Below, piece by piece: positions 46,556-56,153 of a stretch of DNA of 64,000 bases. The notes under the pieces were generated by a model. It was not told the DNA's origin. It did no database searches and worked only from the letters and a program-made list of their open reading frames with translations. Source of the stretch: an uncultured Acidobacteriota bacterium (GTDB lineage: Bacteria > Acidobacteriota > Terriglobia > Terriglobales > Acidobacteriaceae); the NCBI GenBank assembly GCA_963701925.1, contig CAVPBQ010000004.1:54785-118784 (forward strand), in the 5' to 3' direction. Each line of letters opens with the position of its first letter. The first letter of the stretch is position 1. Both the position numbers and the translations under genes were made by a program.

Positions 46556-47116
46556 ATGGGCTGGCTGCAGAATAAGTTCGAAAAGAATTTCATGATTTCG
46601 ACCGTGGACTACGTCTTCAACTGGGCGCGCAAGTCCGCCGTCTGGCCGATGACCTTCGGCCTCGCCTGCTGTGCCATCGAGATGATCGCGTCGTCGACCT
46701 CGCGCTTTGATATTGCGCGCTTCGGATCGGAAGTGTTCCGTCCCAGCCCTCGGCAGAGCGACCTTATGATCGTGGCCGGTACCGTCACGCTGAAGATGGC
46801 TCCGGTAGTGAAACGCATTTACGACCAGATGCCCGATCCCAAATGGGTGATCTCGATGGGCGCATGCTCATCGGTCGGCGGCCCGTTCAACACCTATGCT
46901 GTCCTGCAGGGAGTCGACAAGATTGTCCCGGTCGATGTGTACGTGACCGGATGCCCGCCGCGTCCGGAAAATCTTTTCTACGCGCTGCTCAAACTGCAAG
47001 ACAAAATCGACACCATGACGCTGGCTAAAAAGCCCACCGCAGTACGTCTCGATCCCAACATGGTGGAGCACTTCAAGCGCCAGGTAATGATCGCCCAAAC
47101 ATTGCAACCGAAATAA
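46556..47116 (+). CDS. nuoB: NADH-quinone oxidoreductase subunit B (NuoB/NDH-1 20 kDa type)
   Basis: [37 protein letters not shown] Fe-S ligand motifs. Confidence 0.9.
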   Translation: MGWLQNKFEKNFMISTVDYVFNWARKSAVWPMTFGLACCAIEMIASSTSRFDIARFGSEVFRPSPRQSDLMIVAGTVTLKMAPVVKRIYDQMPDPKWVISMGACSSVGGPFNTYAVLQGVDKIVPVDVYVTGCPPRPENLFYALLKLQDKIDTMTLAKKPTAVRLDPNMVEHFKRQVMIAQTLQPK

Positions 47117-47125
47117 CTCACGTGG

Positions 47126-47147
47126 GGACGGACGCATTCGTCCGTCC
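47126..47147. repeat. GC-rich hairpin between nuoB and DUF1501 gene
   Basis: GGACGGACG-CATT-CGTCCGTCC. Confidence 0.4.
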
Positions 47148-47183
47148 TGCGAAGCGCAGCGAGCCGCAACAGATCGCTATTGG

Positions 47184-48446
47184 CTATCCCAGGAGTCTCA
47201 GGAATTTCCCGGACTCATTGTCGTAGCCGGGAAACACTTCTGTCAGATTCTTGTTCGCCATGTGCCGGACAACAGCCTCTCCGATGACTTGGCGGAAGTC
47301 GGTGGTCAGCGCGAGATCGCGGCCTTCGTAGAGTTGCGACTGATCGAGCCCGGGCCAGCGACCGTAAACCTTGCCACCCTTCACCGGCCCGCCCAGCACG
47401 AACATTACGTTGGCATGGCCATGATCAGTTCCGCGGTTGCCGTTTTCGCGGGCGGTGCGGCCGAACTCCGACATGGTGACAATGACGGTGTCTTCGCCCA
47501 GATCGCCGAGATCGTTCCAGAACGCGGCAATCGATTGCGAGAAGTCGCCCAGCACGTTGGACAGTTGGCCATCCACCGCGCCTTCGTTGACGTGATGGTC
47601 CCATCCGCCGATATCGGCGAAGGCGACCCGCACTCCGAGATTGGCTTTGATCAGTTGCGCGAGCTGGCGCAGGCTGTCTCCAAAGCGGCCCTTCGGATAG
47701 TTCGCGCTGGCCGCCGGCGTGTACTTGCCAGGATCGGCCGACTTCAACATCTTGACGGCATCGAAGGTCTCTTCCCCCGTGGTGTGCAGCACCGCGTCGG
47801 AAGAGTGATCGTACATGGCCTCAAACGCACTGGCGGCGGGCGATGCCTTCGCATTGCGGCCACCGACGGAGAAGTCGTTGATGTTGTTCATAGCCACGGC
47901 AGGCTCTAGTCCGCTCAGGATGCGCGGCAAGGACGGGCCCAGCGCGATCGCGCGAAACGGAGAATTCTGGGCGGTGGCCGGCAGGCCATGCAGCGAGCGG
48001 TTGAGCCATCCATCTTCGGTGGCCTTCACGCCGGGAGTACCGGTTTCCATGAAGTCCTGCGCGTCAAAGTGCGAGCGCGTCGAATCCGGCGATCCGGAGG
48101 CATGCACGATGGCGAGATGCCCCTGCTGCCACAGCGGCTGAAAGGACGCGAGCGACGGATGCAGTCCGAAGAATCCGTTGAGATCAATTACCGACTTGCG
48201 CGGGATATTGATGCTGGGCCGCATCGCGTAGTACTGCGCTTCGGCGTGCGGAACCACGATGTTCAGACCATCCGCCGCGCCGCGCTGGAAGATGACGACA
48301 AGGCGCTTGGTGCGTCCACCGTTTTCGACCGCGCCGAATGCGGCGCGCGTGAGAAAGCTCGGCACGGCCGCGGTTCCAACGACCGCGAGCGCGCTGTTGC
48401 GAAGAAAGATGCGGCGCGTGATGGACATAAAAGGTCTTCTACTCAT
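47184..48446 (-). CDS. DUF1501 domain protein (Tat-signal, sulfatase/phosphatase-like fold)
   Basis: ITRRIFLRNSALAVVGTAA Tat-like signal; GGWDHH and SEFGRT motifs typical of DUF1501. Confidence 0.8.
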   Translation of the reverse strand: MSRRPFMSITRRIFLRNSALAVVGTAAVPSFLTRAAFGAVENGGRTKRLVVIFQRGAADGLNIVVPHAEAQYYAMRPSINIPRKSVIDLNGFFGLHPSLASFQPLWQQGHLAIVHASGSPDSTRSHFDAQDFMETGTPGVKATEDGWLNRSLHGLPATAQNSPFRAIALGPSLPRILSGLEPAVAMNNINDFSVGGRNAKASPAASAFEAMYDHSSDAVLHTTGEETFDAVKMLKSADPGKYTPAASANYPKGRFGDSLRQLAQLIKANLGVRVAFADIGGWDHHVNEGAVDGQLSNVLGDFSQSIAAFWNDLGDLGEDTVIVTMSEFGRTARENGNRGTDHGHANVMFVLGGPVKGGKVYGRWPGLDQSQLYEGRDLALTTDFRQVIGEAVVRHMANKNLTEVFPGYDNESGKFLRLLG

Positions 48447-50692
48447 CTTCTCTGAAACTCGGGCGACCCCAGCAGCAAGCCGGCTACCGTGCTGGCATCC
48501 GGCGTTTTATTCCCTTGCGTCTGCGCTTCGATGGAGTCGTGAGTCTGCTTCGAAACGTCCGCCGTCAGCAGCTTCGCTTCCATAGTGGAGATCTCAAGGG
48601 AGGCATCCGCCGGCGCGGGCGTGCTCCCGGCAAGTTGCGCAACATCGACTTTCACCCCGCGGATTTTTCCGGCGGTTAGCGCCAGCGCGAAATTCATTCG
48701 GTTGAGCAGCGACGATGAACTGACCCAGGTATCGGCCTTCATGGAATATCCCGTGGGCGGCTGCGCGCCATAGAGCGGCATGCCCATGTTGTTCAACTGG
48801 CGAGCGAGAGGCATGGCGTCATCGACCTCTGCTCCCGTCGCGCGTACTGCCGAGGCGACAAATTCGAGCGGGGTCTTCACCTTGGCGCGATACGCGGCGT
48901 CGTCCCAGAACTCGGGCGAGTGGAAGAGTGTGCTCAGCACTTCGCGGATGTCGCCTTTTTTCTTAAGAAATGTTTTCGCCATGCGATCGACCAGCACCGG
49001 CGGCGGATCGTCGGAAACGAAACGTTCTGCGAGCTTCAGCGAAATGAAATGCGCAGTCTGCGGGCTGGTCGCCAGCATGTGCAGTACTTCCCTGCCTTCG
49101 CCTTCGCCGTTGGGCTTGATCTTTTTACCGAGGACAAACTTCGGTCCAGGCTCGTGCTTGCGCTGATCGTACTGAAAGCCTCCGCCTTCGAAGGGCTTGT
49201 CGATGGTCCATCCGGTAAAGACCTTCGCGACTTCGGTGACGTCACGCTGCGAGTAGCCGCCATTCACGCTGAGTGTGTGGAGTTCGAGTAGTTCGCGGCC
49301 ATAGTTCTCGTTCAGACCGCTATTCTGCTTTTTCTTGGCATTCGGATTTGGATTCGGCCCCGGCCCGGGGAAGCGGCGATAGCGATAGGGACCGTAAGGT
49401 CGGGGACGCGCTGGCATTCCGATCGCCTGCATGGAGTCGGGCCCGACACTCTGCCAGTTGTCGAGATAGAAAAGCATGGCTGGACTCTTCGCAGTGGCCA
49501 CGAGCAAGTCTTCAAATTTGCCCATGGCATGCGGACGAATCACATTTTGCTCATAGTCGGTGAGCAGCACGCGGTCGGCGCCTTTGTTGATAAATACGTT
49601 GAAATGGTTGAACCAGAAATCAGTCATCACCTGCTCGAGCTGGCGGTCGCTGTAGATGGCTCGCAGCAACTTCGCTTGCACCAGTTCGTCGACCACTACG
49701 CCCTGCGGATTGTTCATGGCGAGCAGCGTCTCTTTTTGCTTGGGATCGAGACCGACGAGAAATTCCTGGCCCTTGCCGCCGCGCAGGGAATCGGCGAAGG
49801 CAAGTTTTTCGTCCACTGGCATCGATATGATTTTCTTGAAGCGCTGATCGGGTGGAAGGCTGGCAAGGTTCTGCTGAATGTCGAGATCGGCGTAGAGGCG
49901 CTCTTCGCGGCGGCGGGCCTCCGGGTCTTCCTTGGGAGTGGAGTTTACTTCGGTCGTGGACGGCATGGGCATTTCGCTGGCGGACGCCGACGCGGCTCTG
50001 GCAGTGTCTTTGCCGTCGTTGGTTCCATTCATCGCGCTGGCATTGGCTGCGCCGTCGGCAGGAGCGCTCGCCAGATTCGCGTCTGCGGCGGTGGCCGGCT
50101 TGGCGTCTGGACTGGCGGCCGCGGCGGCGGCAAGTTCTTCGGCAGTTTTCGCGGAGCCGTCAGCGGCCTCTGCCGGGATCGGCGTTGCCGCTGGAGCCGG
50201 CGCGACCGCTGTGGTCTTCACTTCTGCTTTTTCTTCTTTCCGCTCCTTCTTTTCTTCCATTCGCGCAATCTGCACCTGGAACACGGCGCGCTTCGCCGGA
50301 TCGGACGGCATCGATTTCTTGCCATCCATCACCTGCTTGACCATCGGATTGTCAGGAAATTCTTCGACGAGTTCGCGCGAACTCATGCGCAGCGTACGAA
50401 ACTGAGCCAATCGTTCATCGATAGCAGAATCCGAAATCTTCTCGGGATGCAGTTGCGCATCGATCCATTGGTCGACGCCCATGGCCATGACTTTCTGTAC
50501 GTCGCCTGGACGCGGACCGAATGCGAGGCGATTCAACGCATGCGCAGCGCGCTTCTGCTCGTTGGGCCCAGGATGGCTTGCGGCTGGCTTTTTCTTGGCA
50601 GAAAGTTGTGGCACTGCGCAGGCCAGACTCAGTGCAAGCAGGAACAGCGCGGGCTTCGCGAAACGGCTTCGCATGAAACTGGATTTCATCAA
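48443..50692 (-). CDS. DUF1800 domain protein with long low-complexity insert
   Basis: FWFNHFNVF and FYLDNWQS motifs as I recall for DUF1800. 4-nt overlap with the DUF1501 gene. Confidence 0.75.
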   Translation of the reverse strand: MMKSSFMRSRFAKPALFLLALSLACAVPQLSAKKKPAASHPGPNEQKRAAHALNRLAFGPRPGDVQKVMAMGVDQWIDAQLHPEKISDSAIDERLAQFRTLRMSSRELVEEFPDNPMVKQVMDGKKSMPSDPAKRAVFQVQIARMEEKKERKEEKAEVKTTAVAPAPAATPIPAEAADGSAKTAEELAAAAAASPDAKPATAADANLASAPADGAANASAMNGTNDGKDTARAASASASEMPMPSTTEVNSTPKEDPEARRREERLYADLDIQQNLASLPPDQRFKKIISMPVDEKLAFADSLRGGKGQEFLVGLDPKQKETLLAMNNPQGVVVDELVQAKLLRAIYSDRQLEQVMTDFWFNHFNVFINKGADRVLLTDYEQNVIRPHAMGKFEDLLVATAKSPAMLFYLDNWQSVGPDSMQAIGMPARPRPYGPYRYRRFPGPGPNPNPNAKKKQNSGLNENYGRELLELHTLSVNGGYSQRDVTEVAKVFTGWTIDKPFEGGGFQYDQRKHEPGPKFVLGKKIKPNGEGEGREVLHMLATSPQTAHFISLKLAERFVSDDPPPVLVDRMAKTFLKKKGDIREVLSTLFHSPEFWDDAAYRAKVKTPLEFVASAVRATGAEVDDAMPLARQLNNMGMPLYGAQPPTGYSMKADTWVSSSSLLNRMNFALALTAGKIRGVKVDVAQLAGSTPAPADASLEISTMEAKLLTADVSKQTHDSIEAQTQGNKTPDASTVAGLLLGSPEFQRR

Positions 50693-50833
50693 GAAGACTC
50701 CCCCGGACCGAGCAAGTTCCTCTCATTATGAACCCGAATGGCGGGAAAAGTTGCTGGGGATAGTTTTCGGAGGATCCGAAAGGGCGTTGAAAAGAAGGGA
50801 CTTTGGTGATCTTCTGGGCCGGAATCAGGCCTT

Positions 50834-52099
50834 CTAGGTGGTGTTTCCCTGGGTCAGGTAGACTTTGCCGCGTGTGACTTTATGCTGCAAAGTGGCAGCC
50901 AGCTGATCGATATCGGTGGCGGAAATGTTTACCAGCGCGCCGTCGATCAGGGGAGCGCGGCTGCTGCCCACGGCGTCGCGGCGGACTTGAATCAGCAGGC
51001 CCTGCACCACATTGGGATCGAACTTCTGCGGAGCCATCCGCACCAGATCGCTGAGAGCGCTGCCGACCGTCATGGGGGCGCGATACGGGCGGACGCTGGT
51101 CATGGCATCGAAGGAATCGGCTAGACCCACGATGCGCACGGCCTGCGGCAAATCGTCGAGCCCGAGTTTGTCGGGATATCCGGAGCCGTCGCTGCGCTCG
51201 TGATGCCAGCGAACTGCCTCGGGAATTTTCGGCCAGGGAAATTGCACGCTGCTGACGATCTGGTGACCGACGGTGGTGTGATCAGCCATCTCGCGAAATT
51301 CTTCCGGGTCGAGCGCGGAGGGCTTGCCGAACAGGCGACGATCGACGGCGACCTTGCCGATGTCGTGGAGATATCCGGCGCTGCGGAGCGCGGCAACTTC
51401 GGCGGCTTCCATGCCCATGGCTTCGCCGATGGCCGCAGCGTAGCGGCCCACGCGCAGCGAGTGGCCATGTATCGCGACATGCTTCACGTCGATCGCGGTG
51501 GCGAAGGCCTCGAGAGCGTTGTCATAGAAGCCGTGCAGAGAGGCCATGAGGCGAAGATTTTCTGAGACGCGCTGGGCGATAGTTTGGGTCAGGGCATGAT
51601 TTTGCACGGCCAGCGCGACGTAGCTGCAGAGCAATTCGAGCGCGTCGAGTTCACTATCTTCGTAGAGCGCGTCGCCGGGACGGCGGCCAAGAGCGACCAC
51701 GCCCGCAAGTTTTCCGCCCGCTTTCAGCGGAGCGAGGCAACGGAATAGTTCCGGCGCGACGTTGCCGTTGGAACTCAAGAAAACAGAATAGGTGGATGAG
51801 TTCAGAACGATGGGGCCGCGGGCCGCGGTCAGGGCGTGCACGTGTTTCGGAAGGAGAGGAATGAAGGCCGGATGCGGCATCAGGGCGTATCCCTGAACGG
51901 CCGCCGAGGTCAGCATGGCGGGCTTGTCGTTGAACAGCAGAAGCACGCCTTCGCGAGCGCCTGCCGCTTCCATGATGGCAGACAGCATCAGTCGCGAAGT
52001 TTCCGAGAACTCGCGCTCCGCGGTTAACGCGGGGCCGAGCTCGGAAAGCGCTTCAACGGTGTGCAACAACCGCCGCAAATTGTTGGTCTGGACCGCCAC
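50834..52099 (-). CDS. GAF domain-containing HD-GYP phosphodiesterase
   Basis: HSLRVGRYA, YLHDIGKVAV, HHERSDGSGYP. Confidence 0.85.
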   Translation of the reverse strand: MAVQTNNLRRLLHTVEALSELGPALTAEREFSETSRLMLSAIMEAAGAREGVLLLFNDKPAMLTSAAVQGYALMPHPAFIPLLPKHVHALTAARGPIVLNSSTYSVFLSSNGNVAPELFRCLAPLKAGGKLAGVVALGRRPGDALYEDSELDALELLCSYVALAVQNHALTQTIAQRVSENLRLMASLHGFYDNALEAFATAIDVKHVAIHGHSLRVGRYAAAIGEAMGMEAAEVAALRSAGYLHDIGKVAVDRRLFGKPSALDPEEFREMADHTTVGHQIVSSVQFPWPKIPEAVRWHHERSDGSGYPDKLGLDDLPQAVRIVGLADSFDAMTSVRPYRAPMTVGSALSDLVRMAPQKFDPNVVQGLLIQVRRDAVGSSRAPLIDGALVNISATDIDQLAATLQHKVTRGKVYLTQGNTT

Positions 52100-52237
52100 G
52101 GACGAAGTGGGAGTCAGATCGCAGAGCAGATTGAGCGTAACATGCTGAAACCGAAGGCGCGAGGGACCGTTGTTGGTTAGTTTGATACGGTAGCAAGAAA
52201 GAAACGATGACAGAAAAGATTCCGCTACAAACGGGCA

Positions 52238-53155
52238 ATGGACGCTGCAAAGAATAATTCGGTGCTGGTGACGGGCGGCCGCGGATTTGTGGGGCGCGCG
52301 GTGGTGAAGCTTTTACTGCGTGCAGGCTACCGCGTGATTTCACTGGACACATCAGAGCCGGTAGCGAGGGATGACTGTGAGGCCGTTCGCGAGGTTGTGT
52401 GCGACATCGGCAACGCCGACAGACTGCGGTGCGTGTTCGAAGCGGAGCCGATTGGCGGGATCGTCCATCTGGCGGCGGTTCTCCCCACCGCGGCGGAGCG
52501 AGAGCCGGTGCGAGCGACGAGGGTGAATGTCGATGGCAGCCTTCACTTGTTGGAAATGGCGCGGCAGTTCGGTGTTGGGCGATGGCTGTTCGGGAGCTCG
52601 CTCAGCATTTATGGAACGTGTGCTGCTGACCAGGTTGTATCCGAAATGGATAGGGCCGCGCCGGAAGATTTGTACGGCACAGCAAAACTTTATGTCGAGC
52701 GACTGGGGCAGACATACCGCGAAGGTCACGGACTGGAATTTGTCAGTCTGCGGATAGGGCGTGTGGTTGGGCCGGGTGCGCGGTCGGCGACTTCGCCGTG
52801 GAGGAGCGAGATTTTCGAGTTCCAGCGTGCCAGTCATGCGGTCGAGATTGCGGTACCGTATGTTGGCTCGGAAAGGACCCTGCTGGTTCACGTGGATGAT
52901 GTGGCCCGAATGCTGGTTAGGCTTCTGCGGGCGACTAGTCCCAGGCATGCGGTTTACAACGCGGTTTGCGAATCGATCACGGTCGCCGATTTGAAACGCG
53001 AAGTGGAAACGCTGAACTCTAACGTGAAGGTCAAGATGGGCGAGGCCGATGCAAAGGGGAACCCGCGATTACTCGACTCCAGCCGGTTCACGGGGGAGTT
53101 TGATTTCACGACGGCGCCGATCAGAGAGCAGTTGAGGAGCGCGGCGGGAAAATAA
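52238..53155 (+). CDS. NAD-dependent epimerase/dehydratase (extended SDR)
   Basis: VLVTGGRGFVGRAVV Rossmann motif; YGTAKLYVE (YxxxK). Confidence 0.85.
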   Translation: MDAAKNNSVLVTGGRGFVGRAVVKLLLRAGYRVISLDTSEPVARDDCEAVREVVCDIGNADRLRCVFEAEPIGGIVHLAAVLPTAAEREPVRATRVNVDGSLHLLEMARQFGVGRWLFGSSLSIYGTCAADQVVSEMDRAAPEDLYGTAKLYVERLGQTYREGHGLEFVSLRIGRVVGPGARSATSPWRSEIFEFQRASHAVEIAVPYVGSERTLLVHVDDVARMLVRLLRATSPRHAVYNAVCESITVADLKREVETLNSNVKVKMGEADAKGNPRLLDSSRFTGEFDFTTAPIREQLRSAAGK

Positions 53156-53159
53156 AATT

Positions 53160-53849
53160 CTAAAAATGCTCGCGCAATTCGGCGAAGCGGCCTATGATCA
53201 GCAGCTTTTGATTCGGCGGGGCAGAATTGAGTTCTTCGTGCTCGAGGATCCAGGTGTCGCCGTGGGGGATGAAGACGGCGTGCAAACCCGCGGCCAGCGC
53301 GGGATTAATGTCGGACTTCGGGCTGTTGCCGATCATCCAAGTGGAGTGATGGGTGAGGTCGTACTTGGCCGCTACGGTGGAGTAAACGGCGGCGTTTTTC
53401 TCGGGAACGATTTCGACCGACACGAAATATTTCCTGATCCCGGAGCGTTCGACCTTCCCTGACTGCTCGGCGGGGGCTCCCTTGGTTACCAGAATGAGTT
53501 TGTGGCGCTGCGACAGGTACTCTAGAGTTGGCGGAACCTCCGGAAGAAATTCGATGGGATGATTTTCGATGCTGTGAGCGAAGCTGGCGACCTGAGCATG
53601 CAGCTCTGAAGTTACGGGCACGGGGCTCAGGCGTTCAAACGTTTTGCCCAGCGCGTGGGCGAAGCTGTGCAGCCCGTAGCCGTGAGTGACGATGCATTCG
53701 CGTTCCACGTCGTTGAGCACTTCGCGCACCCGCTCGGCGGAAAACTCGTGGTGATTCAGAAATGAGATGAAGCGGGCGATGGCGCGCTCAAAGTAGATGT
53801 TGTTCTCCCACAGCGTGTCGTCGGCGTCGATTAGGAGGGTTTGGGGCAC
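53160..53849 (-). CDS. HAD family hydrolase
   Basis: LLIDADDTLWEN (DxDxT), LVTKG, GNSPKSDI. Confidence 0.8.
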   Translation of the reverse strand: MPQTLLIDADDTLWENNIYFERAIARFISFLNHHEFSAERVREVLNDVERECIVTHGYGLHSFAHALGKTFERLSPVPVTSELHAQVASFAHSIENHPIEFLPEVPPTLEYLSQRHKLILVTKGAPAEQSGKVERSGIRKYFVSVEIVPEKNAAVYSTVAAKYDLTHHSTWMIGNSPKSDINPALAAGLHAVFIPHGDTWILEHEELNSAPPNQKLLIIGRFAELREHF

Positions 53850-53868
53850 GGCTGGCTCTTGGCTCTCG

Positions 53869-53931
53869 TAGAGACGTAGCTGGCTACATCTTTCTTTCCA
53901 CGAGTGAGAAGACGTAGCAAGCTACGTCTCT
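53869..53931. repeat. two family B palindromes
   Basis: TAGAGACGTAGCTGGCTACATCT and AGAAGACGTAGCAAGCTACGTCTCT. Confidence 0.7.
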
Positions 53932-53944
53932 ACACTCCGCCGTC

Positions 53945-54820
53945 CTATACCCAATCCACTTGGGCTTCGGGGCCGATGATTCCGGCTTTGTGACCCATGT
54001 CGAGCAGGCGGTGGACGGCTTCGCGGCCGTCGGAGCCGTAGTCGAGGGTGCGCTCGTTGACATACATGCCAACGAATTTGTCGGCAGATTGCGTGTCGAG
54101 ATCGCGGGCGAACTGCATGGCGTAGGAGAGCGCTTCTTCGCGATGATCGAGGGCATATTGAATGCTCTCGCGCAGGGCATGGGAGGCGGAGGTCATCAGA
54201 TCGTGGCCCAGAGCGCGGCGAATGGCGTTGCCTCCGAGCGGCAGCGGCAGGCCAGTCATTTTCTGCCACCAGCGTCCGAGATCGACGATGCGGTGCAGGC
54301 CCGATTTGTCATAGGTGAGCTGGCCTTCGTGAATGATGAGCCCGGCCTCGTATTTGCCCTCGAGCACCTGGGGAATGATCTGATCGAAGGGAACGACTTC
54401 GGTTTCGATTCCGGGCGCGAACAAATTCAGCGCCAAGTATGCAGTGGTCAGCGTGCCTGGGACCGCGATGCGCTTGGTCTTGATTTCGCTTTCGGTGAAG
54501 GGGCGGGGCGAGACGATCATGGGGCCATAGCCCTCGCCAACGCTGCCGCCGCAACCCATGAGCGCGTACTTATCCTGCACGTAAGGATAGGCGTGGAAAG
54601 AGATTGCAGAAATATCGTAGACGCCTTCGCGCGCCTTCTGGTTTAGCGTCTCAATGTCGCAGAGGGTGTGGGTGAAGCGCAGGCCCGGCGTACGAACCTT
54701 GTTGGTGGCCAGGCCGTAGAACATGAAAGCGTCGTCGGAATCAGGGCTGTGAGCTACGGTAATCTCGCGCACCGAACTGGTCGTGTTGGGCGCCTTCGCG
54801 GTTTCGGAAACTGCAGTCAT
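53945..54820 (-). CDS. MqnA/MqnD family protein, probably 1,4-dihydroxy-6-naphthoate synthase (futalosine pathway)
   Basis: AHSPDSDDAFMFYGL resembles the MqnD N-terminal SPCPNDTFxFxAL motif. Periplasmic-binding-protein-like length. Confidence 0.65.
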   Translation of the reverse strand: MTAVSETAKAPNTTSSVREITVAHSPDSDDAFMFYGLATNKVRTPGLRFTHTLCDIETLNQKAREGVYDISAISFHAYPYVQDKYALMGCGGSVGEGYGPMIVSPRPFTESEIKTKRIAVPGTLTTAYLALNLFAPGIETEVVPFDQIIPQVLEGKYEAGLIIHEGQLTYDKSGLHRIVDLGRWWQKMTGLPLPLGGNAIRRALGHDLMTSASHALRESIQYALDHREEALSYAMQFARDLDTQSADKFVGMYVNERTLDYGSDGREAVHRLLDMGHKAGIIGPEAQVDWV

Positions 54821-54856
54821 CTTTCGATCCTCAGTTCTCGGTCCCCAATTTCAAAT

Positions 54857-55435
54857 TCAATTGGCGGAGTTGCGGCGCCAGCGGCTGGCGATGGCTGCGG
54901 CGAACATCACCTTCATGATTTCGGCGGCGATGAAAAAGTACAGACCGAAATATGCGGCCTTGGCGAGCGAATGCGTGTAGATGTACAGCCAGCTCAGACC
55001 TCCGACGAACAACAGGATTTCGGCCAGTAATCCGGCGACCGCGGCGCGCACGAAAGACATCGCTCCGCGCTCGAAAATATATCCCGCGAGAAACGCGACT
55101 AGCGGGTAGACCATCAGGAATCCGCCAGTCGGTCCGAAGAGTTGCGCGACTCCTCCCAGCCCCGTGGGATTGAATACGGGCAAGCCCACGGCTCCTTCGA
55201 CCAAGTAGAGAGCCAGCGCGGCAAATCCGCGGCGGCTGCCGAGGAACAGTCCGACCAGCAATACTGCCATGTTCTGCACGGTCAGCGGCACGGGAGTGAG
55301 AGGCATGAGCGGAATCGTGACGTGTGCGCAGAGCGCCACAAACAGGCTCGCGCCCACGACCAGCGCCACTTGGCGCGTGGCTTGCAGCGCGCGGCTCGGC
55401 GGAGCACCTAGAGTTTGAATCGCTATTTTTTCCAT
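54857..55435 (-). CDS. bioY: biotin transporter BioY
   Basis: VPLTVQNMAVLLVGLFLGSRRGFAALALYLVEGAVGLPVF ... GPTGGFLMVYP. Confidence 0.8.
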   Translation of the reverse strand: MEKIAIQTLGAPPSRALQATRQVALVVGASLFVALCAHVTIPLMPLTPVPLTVQNMAVLLVGLFLGSRRGFAALALYLVEGAVGLPVFNPTGLGGVAQLFGPTGGFLMVYPLVAFLAGYIFERGAMSFVRAAVAGLLAEILLFVGGLSWLYIYTHSLAKAAYFGLYFFIAAEIMKVMFAAAIASRWRRNSAN

Positions 55436-55679
55436 GGATGAGGACCTCCCATCAGCAGACGCTCTTATCATTTATGCATAGTGTCGGATGGGCGGTCGCT
55501 GTCTGTCTTAGGGAGCGTGCCCTCGTGAGCATGCTCCTTCTGCAAGTTGTGCCGCAAGTGCACGTAGCTTGCAATGGCCACGCACACCACGACCAGAGTA
55601 CTGAGGCCCAGGATCAGGAACCACCAGATCATCCGCACAGCCGATTAGGATAACAGACGGGGAGACAATGAGCGCGAGC

Positions 55680-56138
55680 TTAACTGGCTTTCGCCGCCGC
55701 TCGTTTTTCGCGCAGCGCAGCTACGCGTTTCAGAGTCCACTGGAGGCGCTCCCGGCCGAACTTGGAGCTGCTAATGACCTTCTCGATATTTCCAAACAAG
55801 TTAGGGTCACCCATTTTTTCGCGGAGCTCTTTGAGGAAGGGATGGATCTTGGCGAGGATGAAATACATTTCACCGCTGTTGCTGGGGTGGAGGAATATAT
55901 CGGAATTCAGCGTTCCGTGAAGAACGAGGCCTGCCGCCATGCTCCAGTACCCAGCGGCTTGGCGGAGCCAGGCACTCTCCTGTGTGCCCATCGCCATCGC
56001 GACTTTGGCGAAGTCGTCGGCATTGGCGGGCCAGAATTCGGTGAGCCACCAGTTGCGCGCCTTGCGGAGTTCCGCTTCGCGGCGCAGGTCGTAGAGCTGC
56101 AGGATCAGTTGAGCGTCAGTCGCGGTGGCCTTGGGCAT
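55680..56138 (-). CDS. uncharacterised helical protein (paralog of 38754..39215)
   Basis: 152 aa. Starts 15 nt after the topA stop on the same strand. Confidence 0.6.
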   Translation of the reverse strand: MPKATATDAQLILQLYDLRREAELRKARNWWLTEFWPANADDFAKVAMAMGTQESAWLRQAAGYWSMAAGLVLHGTLNSDIFLHPSNSGEMYFILAKIHPFLKELREKMGDPNLFGNIEKVISSSKFGRERLQWTLKRVAALREKRAAAKAS

Positions 56139-56153
56139 GTCCTCTCCTTACTC

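Noticed and set aside
49529-50731. 400-aa plus-strand ORF
   Set aside because: Antisense to the DUF1800 gene. Arg/Gly-rich with no recognisable motifs, so it is a shadow ORF.
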